Part shown: in pieces, positions 19,976 to 29,019 of the stretch
Layout: each line of letters begins with the position of its first letter
Position numbering within the stretch: position 1 is the stretch's first letter
Assembly: GCF_900079115.1 (NCBI RefSeq)
Contig: NZ_LT549890.1
Coordinates: 360,001 to 392,000 of the forward strand
Length of the DNA stretch: 32,000 nucleotides
From: Saccharolobus solfataricus
GTDB taxonomy: Archaea > Thermoproteota > Thermoprotei_A > Sulfolobales > Sulfolobaceae
Direction: 5' to 3'
The notes under the pieces: model-generated
What the model saw: only the letters and a program-made list of their open reading frames with translations
Told to the model about the DNA's origin: nothing
Database searches by the model: none
Position numbers and translations under genes: made by a program

Positions 19976-20064
19976 AATCTAAAATGATATAACTTGCTTA
20001 TAAATTAACTTTTATAATGTTATACATAGACAAGGTTTTTTTATAGCCAGAACGAGTGATAAGT

Positions 20065-20274
20065 ATGCCATTGCAATTAAATACTAGTACGGTTACGTTA
20101 AAGTGCAACTGGTGTGGTACTATCATAAAGGAAAATCCAATAGTAGTTAAAACATGTTGTAATAATAAACCGTGGGTTTTTTGTAGTAATAGGTGTTATC
20201 AACAATGGTTAGCGGAATGGTTAAGGAAGCAGGAACAAAGAACAGGAGGGAAAAAACAAAGAGGATTATTATAG
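20065..20274 (+). CDS. Small TRASH / zf-FCS-like metal-binding protein
   Basis: 69 aa counted from ATG 20065. The pattern CNWCG-x24-FCSNRC matches C-x2-C...FCS-x2-C of TRASH/MYM-type domains. It has a basic tail. TATA TTTTATAG lies about 25 nt upstream of ATG 20065. The track start GTG 20056 would lie upstream of the expected transcription start. Confidence 0.55.
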   Translation: MPLQLNTSTVTLKCNWCGTIIKENPIVVKTCCNNKPWVFCSNRCYQQWLAEWLRKQEQRTGGKKQRGLL

Positions 20275-20822
20275 GGATAAGTGGGGCAAGTGGAACAATA
20301 TACGGTATTAGGACTGTCCAATTTCTAAATGAGCTTGGTTATGAGATACATATCATAATTTCTAAAAGTGCGGAGAAAGTAGCACAAAAGGAACTAGGTA
20401 TCAATTTAATCAATGAACTGAAGAAGTATTCCTCTTATATTTATAATCAATCCCAGATCGAAGCTTCACCTTCTAGTTCAAGCTTTTCCATAACTTCAAA
20501 AGGTATGATTATCATTCCATGTAGTATTAAAACTCTTGCAGAAATTGCAAATGGTATTGGATCGAATCTTCTATCCAGAACTGCATTAAATTTCATCAGA
20601 ACAAATAAAAGGTTAGTTCTAGTAATTAGGGAAACCCCATTAGGTGCTATAGAACTTGAAAATGCCCTAAAGTTAGCTAGATTGGGGGTTTATATAATGC
20701 CAGCTTCTCCTGCCTTCTATATCTTACCAAAAAACATTGATGACATGATTAACTTCATTGTAGGCAAGGCTTTAGACTTACTGGGAATAAAGCATGATAT
20801 ATACAAGAGATGGAAGGGATAG
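20193..20822 (+). CDS. ubiX: Flavin prenyltransferase UbiX (prenyl-FMN synthase)
   Basis: [16 protein letters not shown]-terminal flavoprotein motif, with [15 protein letters not shown] and VIRETPL. The start is uncertain (GTG 20193, ATG 20205 or ATG 20217). Every option overlaps the upstream TRASH gene. Confidence 0.88.
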   Translation: MLSTMVSGMVKEAGTKNRREKTKRIIIGISGASGTIYGIRTVQFLNELGYEIHIIISKSAEKVAQKELGINLINELKKYSSYIYNQSQIEASPSSSSFSITSKGMIIIPCSIKTLAEIANGIGSNLLSRTALNFIRTNKRLVLVIRETPLGAIELENALKLARLGVYIMPASPAFYILPKNIDDMINFIVGKALDLLGIKHDIYKRWKG

Positions 20823-21183
20823 TATGAAAACCTCTAATCCTAGTAGCAGTTTTCTGAAAACAACGCGTAATATAAACTGTTCATATTCATAATCCAAATT
20901 AGAGCATTGGTCTAATGTTAAATACTTGGAATTATTTTTGTAAAAGATTTTGTGTTCCTCATAGACTAATATCCCATTATCATTCATTTCCTCTCTGCCT
21001 TTTTTGGAGATTTTACTTAGTACCTTTAATCATCTTCCTTTTATAGAACTATCTCCATAACTGATTTAATTCTAGTCTTTCATTGAGTAATTTAATTTCT
21101 AGATTTTTAAAAATGTGTACACTTATCTATGTTCTACAAGCTTTCTATACACATCATTACAATCCTTAACTTATAAAATAGAG

Positions 21184-21573
21184 TCATAAGACATCTAATC
21201 CTTTTTTGCCAAATTTCTTAGATATTATCTCTTTCATTTTATCGTCGTAATCCTCTTTTTCAAGTTCTTTTTCAATTTCATTATCCCTTTCATTCTTCTT
21301 GTTAATGGCAAATGCGCATTTGTTACCAGGTAATAGTGCTCTCTTTTCACAATAAGCGTATTGGCATTCACCAGTTATACATACATCTCCTACCCATCTG
21401 CAATAGCCGACTTTGTATGGATTCCCTTTTGCGTATTTTACTTGAACTAATAGTGCTCTCTTATTACACCTGAAATATGGACACAAATAGTTACACTTAT
21501 CTCCTAAAGGCATTGGTTTCTGCTCATCAGTAAAGGAGGGCTGTCTTTCAAAGCCTCTATTTCCGTTCCTCAA
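21184..21573 (-). CDS. Cysteine-rich protein with an internal C-x-KRALL repeat (possibly the 'cysteine-rich small domain' family)
   Basis: 129 aa from TTG 21573, or 109 aa from ATG 21513 (MPLGDKCNY...). Eight Cys lie within about 60 residues. The duplicated segment is FRCNKRALLVQ / YCEKRALLPG. The C-terminal tail is acidic/Lys-rich. Confidence 0.6.
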   Translation of the reverse strand: MRNGNRGFERQPSFTDEQKPMPLGDKCNYLCPYFRCNKRALLVQVKYAKGNPYKVGYCRWVGDVCITGECQYAYCEKRALLPGNKCAFAINKKNERDNEIEKELEKEDYDDKMKEIISKKFGKKGLDVL

Positions 21574-21613
21574 ACTACTTATACCCCCAAACTTTTAGAC
21601 AATCATATTAAAC

Positions 21614-22162
21614 TTACATTTTGACCCATTTAAACATTATGTATCTTATACCTTCACTTTTACGATCCACTAGAGCCAATACTAATCTCTTTTTAGTGCT
21701 ATGTGAGACTCTACCGAAACTCAATAGTTCATGAGGTGTGATTTCCTCATCAATATCAACAGCAATAACGACATAGGGTGCATGTTCTAATCCTGGCCCT
21801 AATGTATATACCGCAAAGTCCGCTCCATACTTTACTCCAGATCTAACTATAAATCCTTTTTCCCTTAAGTCTTCATAAACTTTGTATAAGATCTCGAATT
21901 TATTAATCTTCATTGCACTATATTCATATAATTTCTTATACTCAAGAAGGTCGCCATTTTTATCCACAACATTAATTAAACCCTTCTTAGTTAGATATAC
22001 ACTTTCAATTAGTGACAATTCCAGAGGTCTAACTATATCTTTAGGGCCTTTTGGCTTAGAAATTCCTATGGGTTTTCCATAGAAACCATTTGAATAAAGG
22101 TATCTTGACTCATCTATACTTGGAACTAGTACTTTAGATCCTACCAATAAAGCTTTTACCAT
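21614..22162 (-). CDS. endA: tRNA-splicing endonuclease, catalytic subunit
   Basis: 182 aa. The catalytic C-terminal domain reads GFIVRSGVKYGADFAVY...HAPYVV...SHSTKK (Tyr/His/Lys triad context). Confidence 0.92.
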   Translation of the reverse strand: MVKALLVGSKVLVPSIDESRYLYSNGFYGKPIGISKPKGPKDIVRPLELSLIESVYLTKKGLINVVDKNGDLLEYKKLYEYSAMKINKFEILYKVYEDLREKGFIVRSGVKYGADFAVYTLGPGLEHAPYVVIAVDIDEEITPHELLSFGRVSHSTKKRLVLALVDRKSEGIRYIMFKWVKM

Positions 22163-22810
22163 CTACATCCTCTCATATGCGATATAGGTTATATTGTCAG
22201 CAGAACTCTTCAATAGATCCTCACTATCTTCTAATCTGTCAGCTATATCTTTAAGTAACATTATATATGAGAAGTCAGCGAGCTTCTTCTCAAATAGTGC
22301 TAATTCTAAACTCCTATACAATTCATCTATTTCTTGCTCCAATTTTATTACGTTACGTGCATTTTCATAGGAATTTTTCGGGTTGACAGATAGTAATCTT
22401 AATGCCTCTATGAAATAGGTAATAGATGTAATTATTTTTTCACAGATAACTATAAGTAATCTATTTATTACGTTGTCAATATTCATTTGTTTAGATAGTA
22501 TAACACTTAGCCTATATGTAGCAGCGTCTAGGTTTTGTGAAACTTTCTCTAAATTATTCAATATTTCTACATATAAATCCTTATCTAATAATCCTTCTCT
22601 TATTTTGAATATATATTCACCTAATCTGTATTTGCTAACCTCTATATCGTTTTTTATACCGTTTACCTTAGAATAGATTTGCATTGCATTTACATTTGAA
22701 TTACTGGTATTAGATAGGAATTCATACAAAACTCTAGTTTCATCCAATAATTTTAATGATATTTGTTGCAATTGCTCCTCTATTGCAAGTGTAGCTATTC
22801 CTTCACCCAT
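22163..22810 (-). CDS. DUF47 / PhoU_div-like helical protein
   Basis: 215 aa, all-helical. Two repeats resemble the DUF47 pattern: [16 protein letters not shown]...[12 protein letters not shown] and [21 protein letters not shown]...[23 protein letters not shown]. The stop abuts the endA start with no spacer. Confidence 0.5.
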   Translation of the reverse strand: MGEGIATLAIEEQLQQISLKLLDETRVLYEFLSNTSNSNVNAMQIYSKVNGIKNDIEVSKYRLGEYIFKIREGLLDKDLYVEILNNLEKVSQNLDAATYRLSVILSKQMNIDNVINRLLIVICEKIITSITYFIEALRLLSVNPKNSYENARNVIKLEQEIDELYRSLELALFEKKLADFSYIMLLKDIADRLEDSEDLLKSSADNITYIAYERM

Positions 22811-22835
22811 TGTGAGTTAAAACAGTCATTAAAGT

Positions 22836-23240
22836 TTAAAAATTAAGATGTGACACACTATTCATAATCTTTTCTATTTGTTCTAAATCTTTATCTATTT
22901 CAATATTTACCCCCTTTCCTTTCAAATAATTATTCAGATTATTTAGAAGTTCTTTTTCATCCTTTAATCCCACTATTACCAAATAATTAACTAAACCAAG
23001 CGCTTCTTCTTTAATTTGATTATCGGTTGTTTTATCTATATTTTGGATTATAACTTCTAATCCTTGGAAGAGTTCTTTTCTAACTCTTCTCATCCTCCTA
23101 ACCAGTCTAGTAGCTTTTCCTATGTCAGGGTTGGGAAAAGCTACCAAATTCTCTAACTCATTCAAATATTCAGTATGATCATTTATTATTGTTTCAAAAT
23201 CAAATAATACTCTACTTATTACCATATCACTTTCATTCAT
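22836..23240 (-). CDS. Hypothetical helical protein
   Basis: 134 aa, predicted helical, with a basic patch RLVRRMRRVRKE. I do not recognise a family. It overlaps the upstream gene by 4 nt. Confidence 0.5.
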   Translation of the reverse strand: MNESDMVISRVLFDFETIINDHTEYLNELENLVAFPNPDIGKATRLVRRMRRVRKELFQGLEVIIQNIDKTTDNQIKEEALGLVNYLVIVGLKDEKELLNNLNNYLKGKGVNIEIDKDLEQIEKIMNSVSHLNF

Positions 23241-23602
23241 TTATAAGCCCTCGCAGTTACCGTACTATTATCTTCTATGCCCAATGTAACCAGATCTTGA
23301 GGATTAGCCCAGACCTCTAATTCTGGTATCCCCTCTTGCAATATAGCTTTTAATCTTATTCTTTTCCCTTTAACTGATATTTCAATATTATCAGTAATCC
23401 CTAGATCTTTTGCTAATTTCGATGAAATTATTGCAAACCCCTTATCAACATCGTTTCTTTTTCTGATCTTGATTCTTTTCTCCTTTGGTGGGGCTTTGTT
23501 CCCCTTTAATGCTGAAGCTGGAGGTATAACACTAACAAGGGTTTTTATATCAACCTTTTTCTCCTCTTCCTTTTCATTCTCGTTACTACTCATTACTATC
23601 AT
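23237..23602 (-). CDS. Stand-alone VAT-N / CDC48-N-like (cradle-loop barrel, AbrB-related) domain protein
   Basis: 121 aa. A charged N-terminal tail precedes [76 protein letters not shown]. This parallels the N domain of the CDC48 in this window ([36 protein letters not shown]...[24 protein letters not shown]). It overlaps the glyS stop. Confidence 0.5.
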   Translation of the reverse strand: MIVMSSNENEKEEEKKVDIKTLVSVIPPASALKGNKAPPKEKRIKIRKRNDVDKGFAIISSKLAKDLGITDNIEISVKGKRIRLKAILQEGIPELEVWANPQDLVTLGIEDNSTVTARAYK

Positions 23603-25310
23603 TCACCTCAATTCCAATCTTATTAAAGGCTTCCCCTCTAAATAACTTTTCTAGAGAAATCTTAAGATCATCTATTTTAACTCTAACTTGCTTCCAGCTA
23701 TCCCTATCCCTTATTGTTACGCTGTTATCTACTAGTGTCTGAGGATCAACTGTAATAGCAAAAGGTATACCAATCTCATCAGCTCTGGCATATCTTCTTC
23801 CAATACTTCCAGAATCGTCGTATAACACTTCATATTTTTCGGAAAGACTTTCTCGTATTTCCACTGATTTTCTAATTAGTTCTTCTCTCTCCAGTAGTGG
23901 AAAAACTGCAATGTCATAAGGAGCCAGATGTCTAGGTAAGGATAGTAAAACTCTGCCCTCTTTTTCCTTGTATGCACTTAATATCGTTAAGAATAATGTC
24001 CTTTCCACACCGAATGAAGGCTCTACAACATGTGGTATGAAGTGCTCACCGTGAACCTTCTCTTCTCTCTCAACAATATTTATGAACTCACTTAAAGGTT
24101 TGTCATCTATCATCACGTTGTTTCTAATCATTTGTTCAATTTCCTCGGCGGATTTCCCATTTAACAGTTCCATGATCTTTTTTCTTAGTTCCTTATCCTT
24201 TAATTTAGTATTGTTAACTATAACAGTCTTCTTTTTAATCATTTTAGGTTCTTTATATTTTCTGAAAATAGTCAAATCTTGTCCACTATATTTCATATGT
24301 CTTGATAAATCATAATCTCCTCTATATGCATGACCAGAAATCTCAACCTTTATACCATTAATTACAGCTATTTGGTCGAAAGTCTGTTTAGAATAATGTG
24401 CTCTCTCGTAAGGTAACTTTTCCTCAAAATAAAATTCATTAATACCTAACGCCTTGACAAAACTCGATGCTACAGCCATCCAATATGCCATCCAAGGCTG
24501 GATAATGATTTTTTCTCTTACGCTCTCTTCTAACTTGAACTCTTGTGGTTTACCATCTTTTTCCTTTTCACTTGCAGTCAAAATATTGAGCTTAGTATCC
24601 TTAAATCTATACAACGGTATATTTTCAATATTATTATCCTCTGGGTCTATGAAAAACTCAATCTCCATTATGGTGAACTCCCTCATTCTTATTAGTCCTT
24701 GTCTAGGTGAGATTTCATTTCTACCTACTTTCCCTATTTGAGCTATTCCAATAGGTAATCTTTGCCTAGTAGCCTCGTATACGCGTTTAAATGCAGTGAA
24801 CATCCCTTGAGCAGTCTCTGGTCTAATGTAACCTAAATTACCAGTATAAGGACCTATGTTAGTGGTAAAAAGTAAATTAAACAATCTTACTTCTCCCAAC
24901 TCGCCCCCACAATATTGGCATCTTATGTTGTTTTCTTTTATTATCCTCGTTAGTTCTTCTGGCTTAAGACCCTCTACGCTTTTCTTTAATATGTCTTCGA
25001 TTAAATGGTCAGCCCTATATATTCTTTTGCAATTATTACACTCCACGATAGGATCTGTAAAACTTTCTACATGCCCACTAGCTTCAAACACTTTAGCTGG
25101 TCCTATCATTGGACTTTCTATTTCTACTACAAAATCGCCATTATCCTTCACGAAATATTTTCGCCATAGCTCTACTATTCTATTTTTAATCCTTACACCT
25201 ACTGGTCCTATGTCGTAGAATCCCGCAACTCCTCCGTAAATTTCATACGATAACCAAAATATCCCTCTTCTTTTAGCTAAGTCCAACACTTTATCTATTA
25301 CTTCACTCAC
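23586..25310 (-). CDS. glyS: Glycine--tRNA ligase (archaeal/eukaryotic alpha2 type)
   Basis: 574 aa. Class II motifs [17 protein letters not shown] and SFGVERT, plus a C-terminal anticodon-binding domain. The start is GTG at 25310. Confidence 0.95.
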   Translation of the reverse strand: MSEVIDKVLDLAKRRGIFWLSYEIYGGVAGFYDIGPVGVRIKNRIVELWRKYFVKDNGDFVVEIESPMIGPAKVFEASGHVESFTDPIVECNNCKRIYRADHLIEDILKKSVEGLKPEELTRIIKENNIRCQYCGGELGEVRLFNLLFTTNIGPYTGNLGYIRPETAQGMFTAFKRVYEATRQRLPIGIAQIGKVGRNEISPRQGLIRMREFTIMEIEFFIDPEDNNIENIPLYRFKDTKLNILTASEKEKDGKPQEFKLEESVREKIIIQPWMAYWMAVASSFVKALGINEFYFEEKLPYERAHYSKQTFDQIAVINGIKVEISGHAYRGDYDLSRHMKYSGQDLTIFRKYKEPKMIKKKTVIVNNTKLKDKELRKKIMELLNGKSAEEIEQMIRNNVMIDDKPLSEFINIVEREEKVHGEHFIPHVVEPSFGVERTLFLTILSAYKEKEGRVLLSLPRHLAPYDIAVFPLLEREELIRKSVEIRESLSEKYEVLYDDSGSIGRRYARADEIGIPFAITVDPQTLVDNSVTIRDRDSWKQVRVKIDDLKISLEKLFRGEAFNKIGIEVNDSNE

Positions 25311-25362
25311 AACTCTCTAACATTACAACAAGTTTATAAAGTTCTATGACCAAAATTAACGA

Positions 25363-26256
25363 GTGAGCGATGGAAGATTACTTTATTTAAATGAGAATAG
25401 TAGGAAATTTGCTGGATTTAACAAGGAAAAATCCCCATTTGTAATAATTGGAATACCTATGGACATTACGAGTAGTTATAGGCCTGGAAGTAGATTTGCT
25501 CCGTCTTCAATTAGAGAATCGGCTCAATATATTGAATTTTATTCAATACGAAATGATGTAGATATGGGGGAAATAGGTTTCAATGATGTAGGTGATATAA
25601 TTCTACATCCTTCAAACGTTGAGGAGAATTTAAGTAGAATATCCAGTGTGATTAGTTATTTCCAAGAAAGTGGGAAGATCACTATTTCTATAGGAGGAGA
25701 GCATACAATAACCGCGGGAATAATAAAGGGGACTAAGAGAGAAGGATTATGCCTAGTTAGCTTCGATGCACATTTAGATTTAAGAGACGAGTATATGGGA
25801 TATAGATATGATCACGCTTGTGTTATGAGGAGAATATCTGAATATGGTGTGAAAATTATTGAAGTCGGTACTAGGGCAGTTAGTAAAGAGGAAATAGAAT
25901 ATGCTAAACAAAAGGGTATACTCTTCTTCACCCCTCAGCAAATTAGACTTTTAGGAGTCAAGGAAACTGCAAGAAGAATAATTACCTCAACGCAAGAATG
26001 TAAATCGCTCTATATCTCAGTTGATATGGATGGGATAGATCCAGCTTATGCACCCGGCGTAGCAACACCAGAACCAGATGGATTAGACCCCACTAACCTG
26101 TTAGATATTATTAACTTAATTGCAGATAAAAGAGTTATAGGGTTTGATATTGTGGAAGTTTCTCCTTCTTATGACACCTCAGGAATAACTAGTGTATTGG
26201 CTTCCAGAATAATTCTGGAGACAGCAGCTACAGTTTATAAAGCTAGATCGCTTTAA
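25363..26256 (+). CDS. speB: Agmatinase (arginase/ureohydrolase family)
   Basis: 297 aa. Mn-binding motifs GGEHTIT, FDAHLDL and SVDMDGIDP. The GTG start at 25363 lies 26-27 nt downstream of the centre of TATA TTTATAAA (25333-25340), so the transcript is leaderless. Confidence 0.9.
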
Positions 26257-26389
26257 CTATTTTTATAGTAGGCTTTCTAACCATAAATATTATTTTGTAA
26301 CCGCAGTATGGACATCTTACACCTGGCAATACTTTTAATTGTTCATCTGTAAACGTCTTCCAGCATTTACCACATCTATAGACTGCCAT
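26243..26389 (-). CDS. rpoP: DNA-directed RNA polymerase subunit Rpo12 (RpoP), 48 aa (not in the ORF track)
   Basis: My translation is [48 protein letters not shown], with zinc ribbon CGKC...CPYC. It matches my memory of Sulfolobus RpoP. TATA (TTATAAAC on the minus strand, 26414-26421) lies about 28 nt upstream. The 3' end overlaps the speB 3' end by 14 nt. Confidence 0.9.
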
Positions 26390-26484
26390 AGCAACATTTA
26401 CTTTACGATAACGTTTATAAGCTTATCTGATAAAAAAGGATAGAAAGATTAAAAGGGGAGTGTATATAAAGATAATTTCTGAGA

Positions 26485-26776
<292 letters not shown>

Positions 26777-26787
<11 letters not shown>

Positions 26788-27706
26788 GTATTGATATTTT
26801 TAGCTCTTGTGTTAACTCTTTATATCTGTTTCTCACAGTAACTTCCGTGACACCTGCAACTTGAGCTATCTCTTTTTGCGTTCTTCTTTCATCATGTAGT
26901 AATGATGCTATATAAATTGCAGCCGCAGCTAAACCAGCTGGATCTTTACCAGCAGTTAACCCAGAACCTTTCGCCTTATCTATAATTTCAGCCGCCGTTT
27001 TCATAACAGCTCCGCTTAGACCTAACAAGTTAGCTATTCTAGTTACGTAATCCTTGGGATCACTTACTGGTACACTAACATCTAGTTCTCTAAGTAATAG
27101 TCTATAGCATCTCGCTACTTCCTTTCTATTAGCCTTAGTATATTGGGCTATCTCATCCAAAGTTCTGGCCAACTTCATTCTTCTACATGCAGCGTATATT
27201 GCAGCTGCTACGACGCTTTCTATACTCCTTCCCCTCACTAATCCTTTCTCTACTGCTTTTCTATAGATTAATGCAGCCTCATCTTTAACTGATTTTGGTA
27301 AGTTTAGTAAATTCCCAATTCTTTCTAGTTCATTCATAGCTTGTGCTAAGTTTCTATCTATGGAAGATTGAATTCTCGCTCTAATTTGCCACTTTCTCCA
27401 TCTCAATGCCTCAAGTCTTCTCTTAGGGTCTAAAGTTCTTCCCATAGCATCCTTATCTTTCCAGTCTATAAGAGTGGATAAACCCCTATCGTGAATAGTA
27501 TTGTTTAAAGGCCCTCCAACTCTGCTTCTCTTTTCTTTCTCCTCTGGCGTGAAGGCCCTCCACTCTGGCCCTTGATCTATAATTTTATCTTCTAAAACTT
27601 CTCCAGTTTCAGAGCAAATGTACTCCCCCCTCTCTGCATCAAAGATAATCTTATCAGGAGGGCAAGGAGTGGATACGGATTTATTTTCTTCAGACAAATA
27701 CAACAC
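26777..27706 (-). CDS. tfb: Transcription initiation factor TFB (TFIIB homologue)
   Basis: 309 aa. N-terminal Zn ribbon [21 protein letters not shown], a B-finger region, and two cyclin repeats. The start is GTG (MLYLSEENK...). It overlaps sui1 convergently by 11 nt. Confidence 0.96.
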
Positions 27707-27865
27707 CCCAATTATATATAGCCACGAATAGTAAACCTTTTAAACTTTTCTGTTTCCTTACTTATAAATCTTTCTCCCATGTTCCCCATTATTTATCTAA
27801 AAATGAGAGAGGTCAGTATAAATTAAGCGTTAAGCTTAAATGATAAGTTAGAATAGTATAGAATT

Positions 27866-27938
27866 AGCCGGGTAGTCTAGTGGTCAAGGATCCAGGGCTT
27901 TGGCCCCTGGGACCAGGGTTCGAATCCCTGCCCGGCTA
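27866..27938 (+). tRNA. tRNA-Gln (anticodon UUG), no intron, CCA not fully encoded
   Basis: Manual cloverleaf: acceptor AGCCGGG/CCCGGCU (A1-U72), U8, D arm with GG, anticodon stem CAGGG/CCCUG with loop CUUUGGC, T arm CAGGG-UUCGAAU-CCCUG, discriminator A. Confidence 0.9.
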
Positions 27939-28179
27939 CCTCTCGGCTAATTTAGTTTTGTTCTTCTTTACCTTTTTGAATATAAAATTTATATTGATTG
28001 AAAGGTCTTTTTACCTATATTAGACTAGTTTAATGTAATTTAGTAATATTACGAAGGTAACAGAAAAACCATAATATACTAGCTTTTACTAACGAGAGTT
28101 AAGATTAACTTAAGTAATGTTGAGAGGTCGTTTACGAGAGGAAAAAAATAAATACCTTGCGTTATCATTATTAAACAGT

Positions 28180-28259
<80 letters not shown>

Positions 28260-28263
28260 ATAC

Positions 28264-28269
28264 TTTTTT
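28264..28269 (+). terminator. T6 tract terminating the tRNA-Gly transcript
   Basis: TTTTTT starts 9 nt after the discriminator base. Confidence 0.5.
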
Positions 28270-28329
28270 ATTTGCTGTCGTTATTTATTTCTCCAAGACT
28301 TAATTTATTAGAAGTTTATAATTCTCGTT

Positions 28330-28379
28330 ATGATGAGCCTCGTAGTTAATGAAAGGTGAATGAAGGTCTTGAGTGCTGA
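28330..28379 (+). ncRNA. C/D box sRNA (coordinates are C box to D box)
   Basis: AUGAUGA (C) - GCCUCGUAGUUA (12 nt) - AUGA (D') - AAGG - UGAAUGA (C') - AGGUCUUGAGUG (12 nt) - CUGA (D), 50 nt in all. The AT-rich TATA-like TTAATTTATTA lies 20-31 nt upstream of the C box. Confidence 0.72.
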
Positions 28380-28434
28380 ATTTTAATTGTTAGTAGATAA
28401 GTTTAAGTAGTATAAGTTTAGAGGTAATTATGTA

Positions 28435-29019
28435 ATGCTGTTATACGTCGTAATAAAGACTCCTAATTTGCTTCAGTTTCCAGAATTTATTCCTAAAAAG
28501 GTTACAGTTAACATTCTGGATATAAGGGTTGATGGGGAGAAAGGTAAGCTACTTCTCGAGATACGTGGAGACGAAACCAGCGCTAAGCAAGTTTGTGAAG
28601 AACCTATTAAAGTTTCAAAGTATAAATTTATCTGTACAAATTATATTTCAAGTGAGTTACTTAAGATTTTATCGCAATATACTATAATGAATGGTGCTTT
28701 AACAGATGATGGAATTTTTTGGACTTTAATACTAAACGGTTATACAGAGCTTAGGGAATTACTTAACTCGCTAATAGACATTACAAAAGAAGTTAGAGTT
28801 TTAAAAGTTGTGAAAGCTGAAAAGAAAGATGCAATAACTGCAAGGCAGGAGCAAATACTAAGGATTGCATTAGAAGCTGGATTTTTCGACTATCCTAGAA
28901 GAATAGGATTAAAAGATCTGGCTAAAAAGTTAAACATCAGTCCATCTAGTCTAAGTGAAATTATAAGAAGAGCTGAAAAGAACGTAATTACAGCTTATTT
29001 TGAAGAGAGGGAACTATGA
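28435..29019 (+). CDS. HTH_10 (Bat/bacterio-opsin-activator type) DNA-binding protein
   Basis: 194 aa. The C-terminal segment ITARQEQILRIALEAGFFDYPRRIGLKDLAKKLNISPSSLSEIIRRAEKNV is the HTH_10 signature. I do not recognise the N-terminal 130 aa. Confidence 0.7.
   Translation: MLLYVVIKTPNLLQFPEFIPKKVTVNILDIRVDGEKGKLLLEIRGDETSAKQVCEEPIKVSKYKFICTNYISSELLKILSQYTIMNGALTDDGIFWTLILNGYTELRELLNSLIDITKEVRVLKVVKAEKKDAITARQEQILRIALEAGFFDYPRRIGLKDLAKKLNISPSSLSEIIRRAEKNVITAYFEEREL

Noticed and set aside
19976-20064. Possible TPP riboswitch or leader upstream of thi4
   Set aside because: The TATA box lies about 25 nt upstream of the thi4 ATG, leaving no room for a structured leader. No GC-rich conserved helices are visible.
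20778-20987. 69-aa minus-strand ORF overlapping the ubiX 3' end
   Set aside because: I did not call it as a gene. It has no recognisable domain, it overlaps ubiX antisense, and its C-terminus is hydrophobic junk-like sequence. I kept it only as part of the finding on the 360-nt gap because it does have a Shine-Dalgarno-like sequence.
21103-21165. AUGAUGU-type box on the minus strand just downstream of the Cys-rich gene, as a fourth C/D sRNA
   Set aside because: The C box lacks the terminal GA, and no CUGA D box follows within 40-70 nt. Only short AT palindromes are present.
27979-27995. Perfect 17-nt AT-only palindrome AATATAAAATTTATATT between the two tRNAs
   Set aside because: It is made only of A and T in an AT-rich spacer, so chance occurrence is plausible. 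There is no second copy or associated gene that would suggest an operator.
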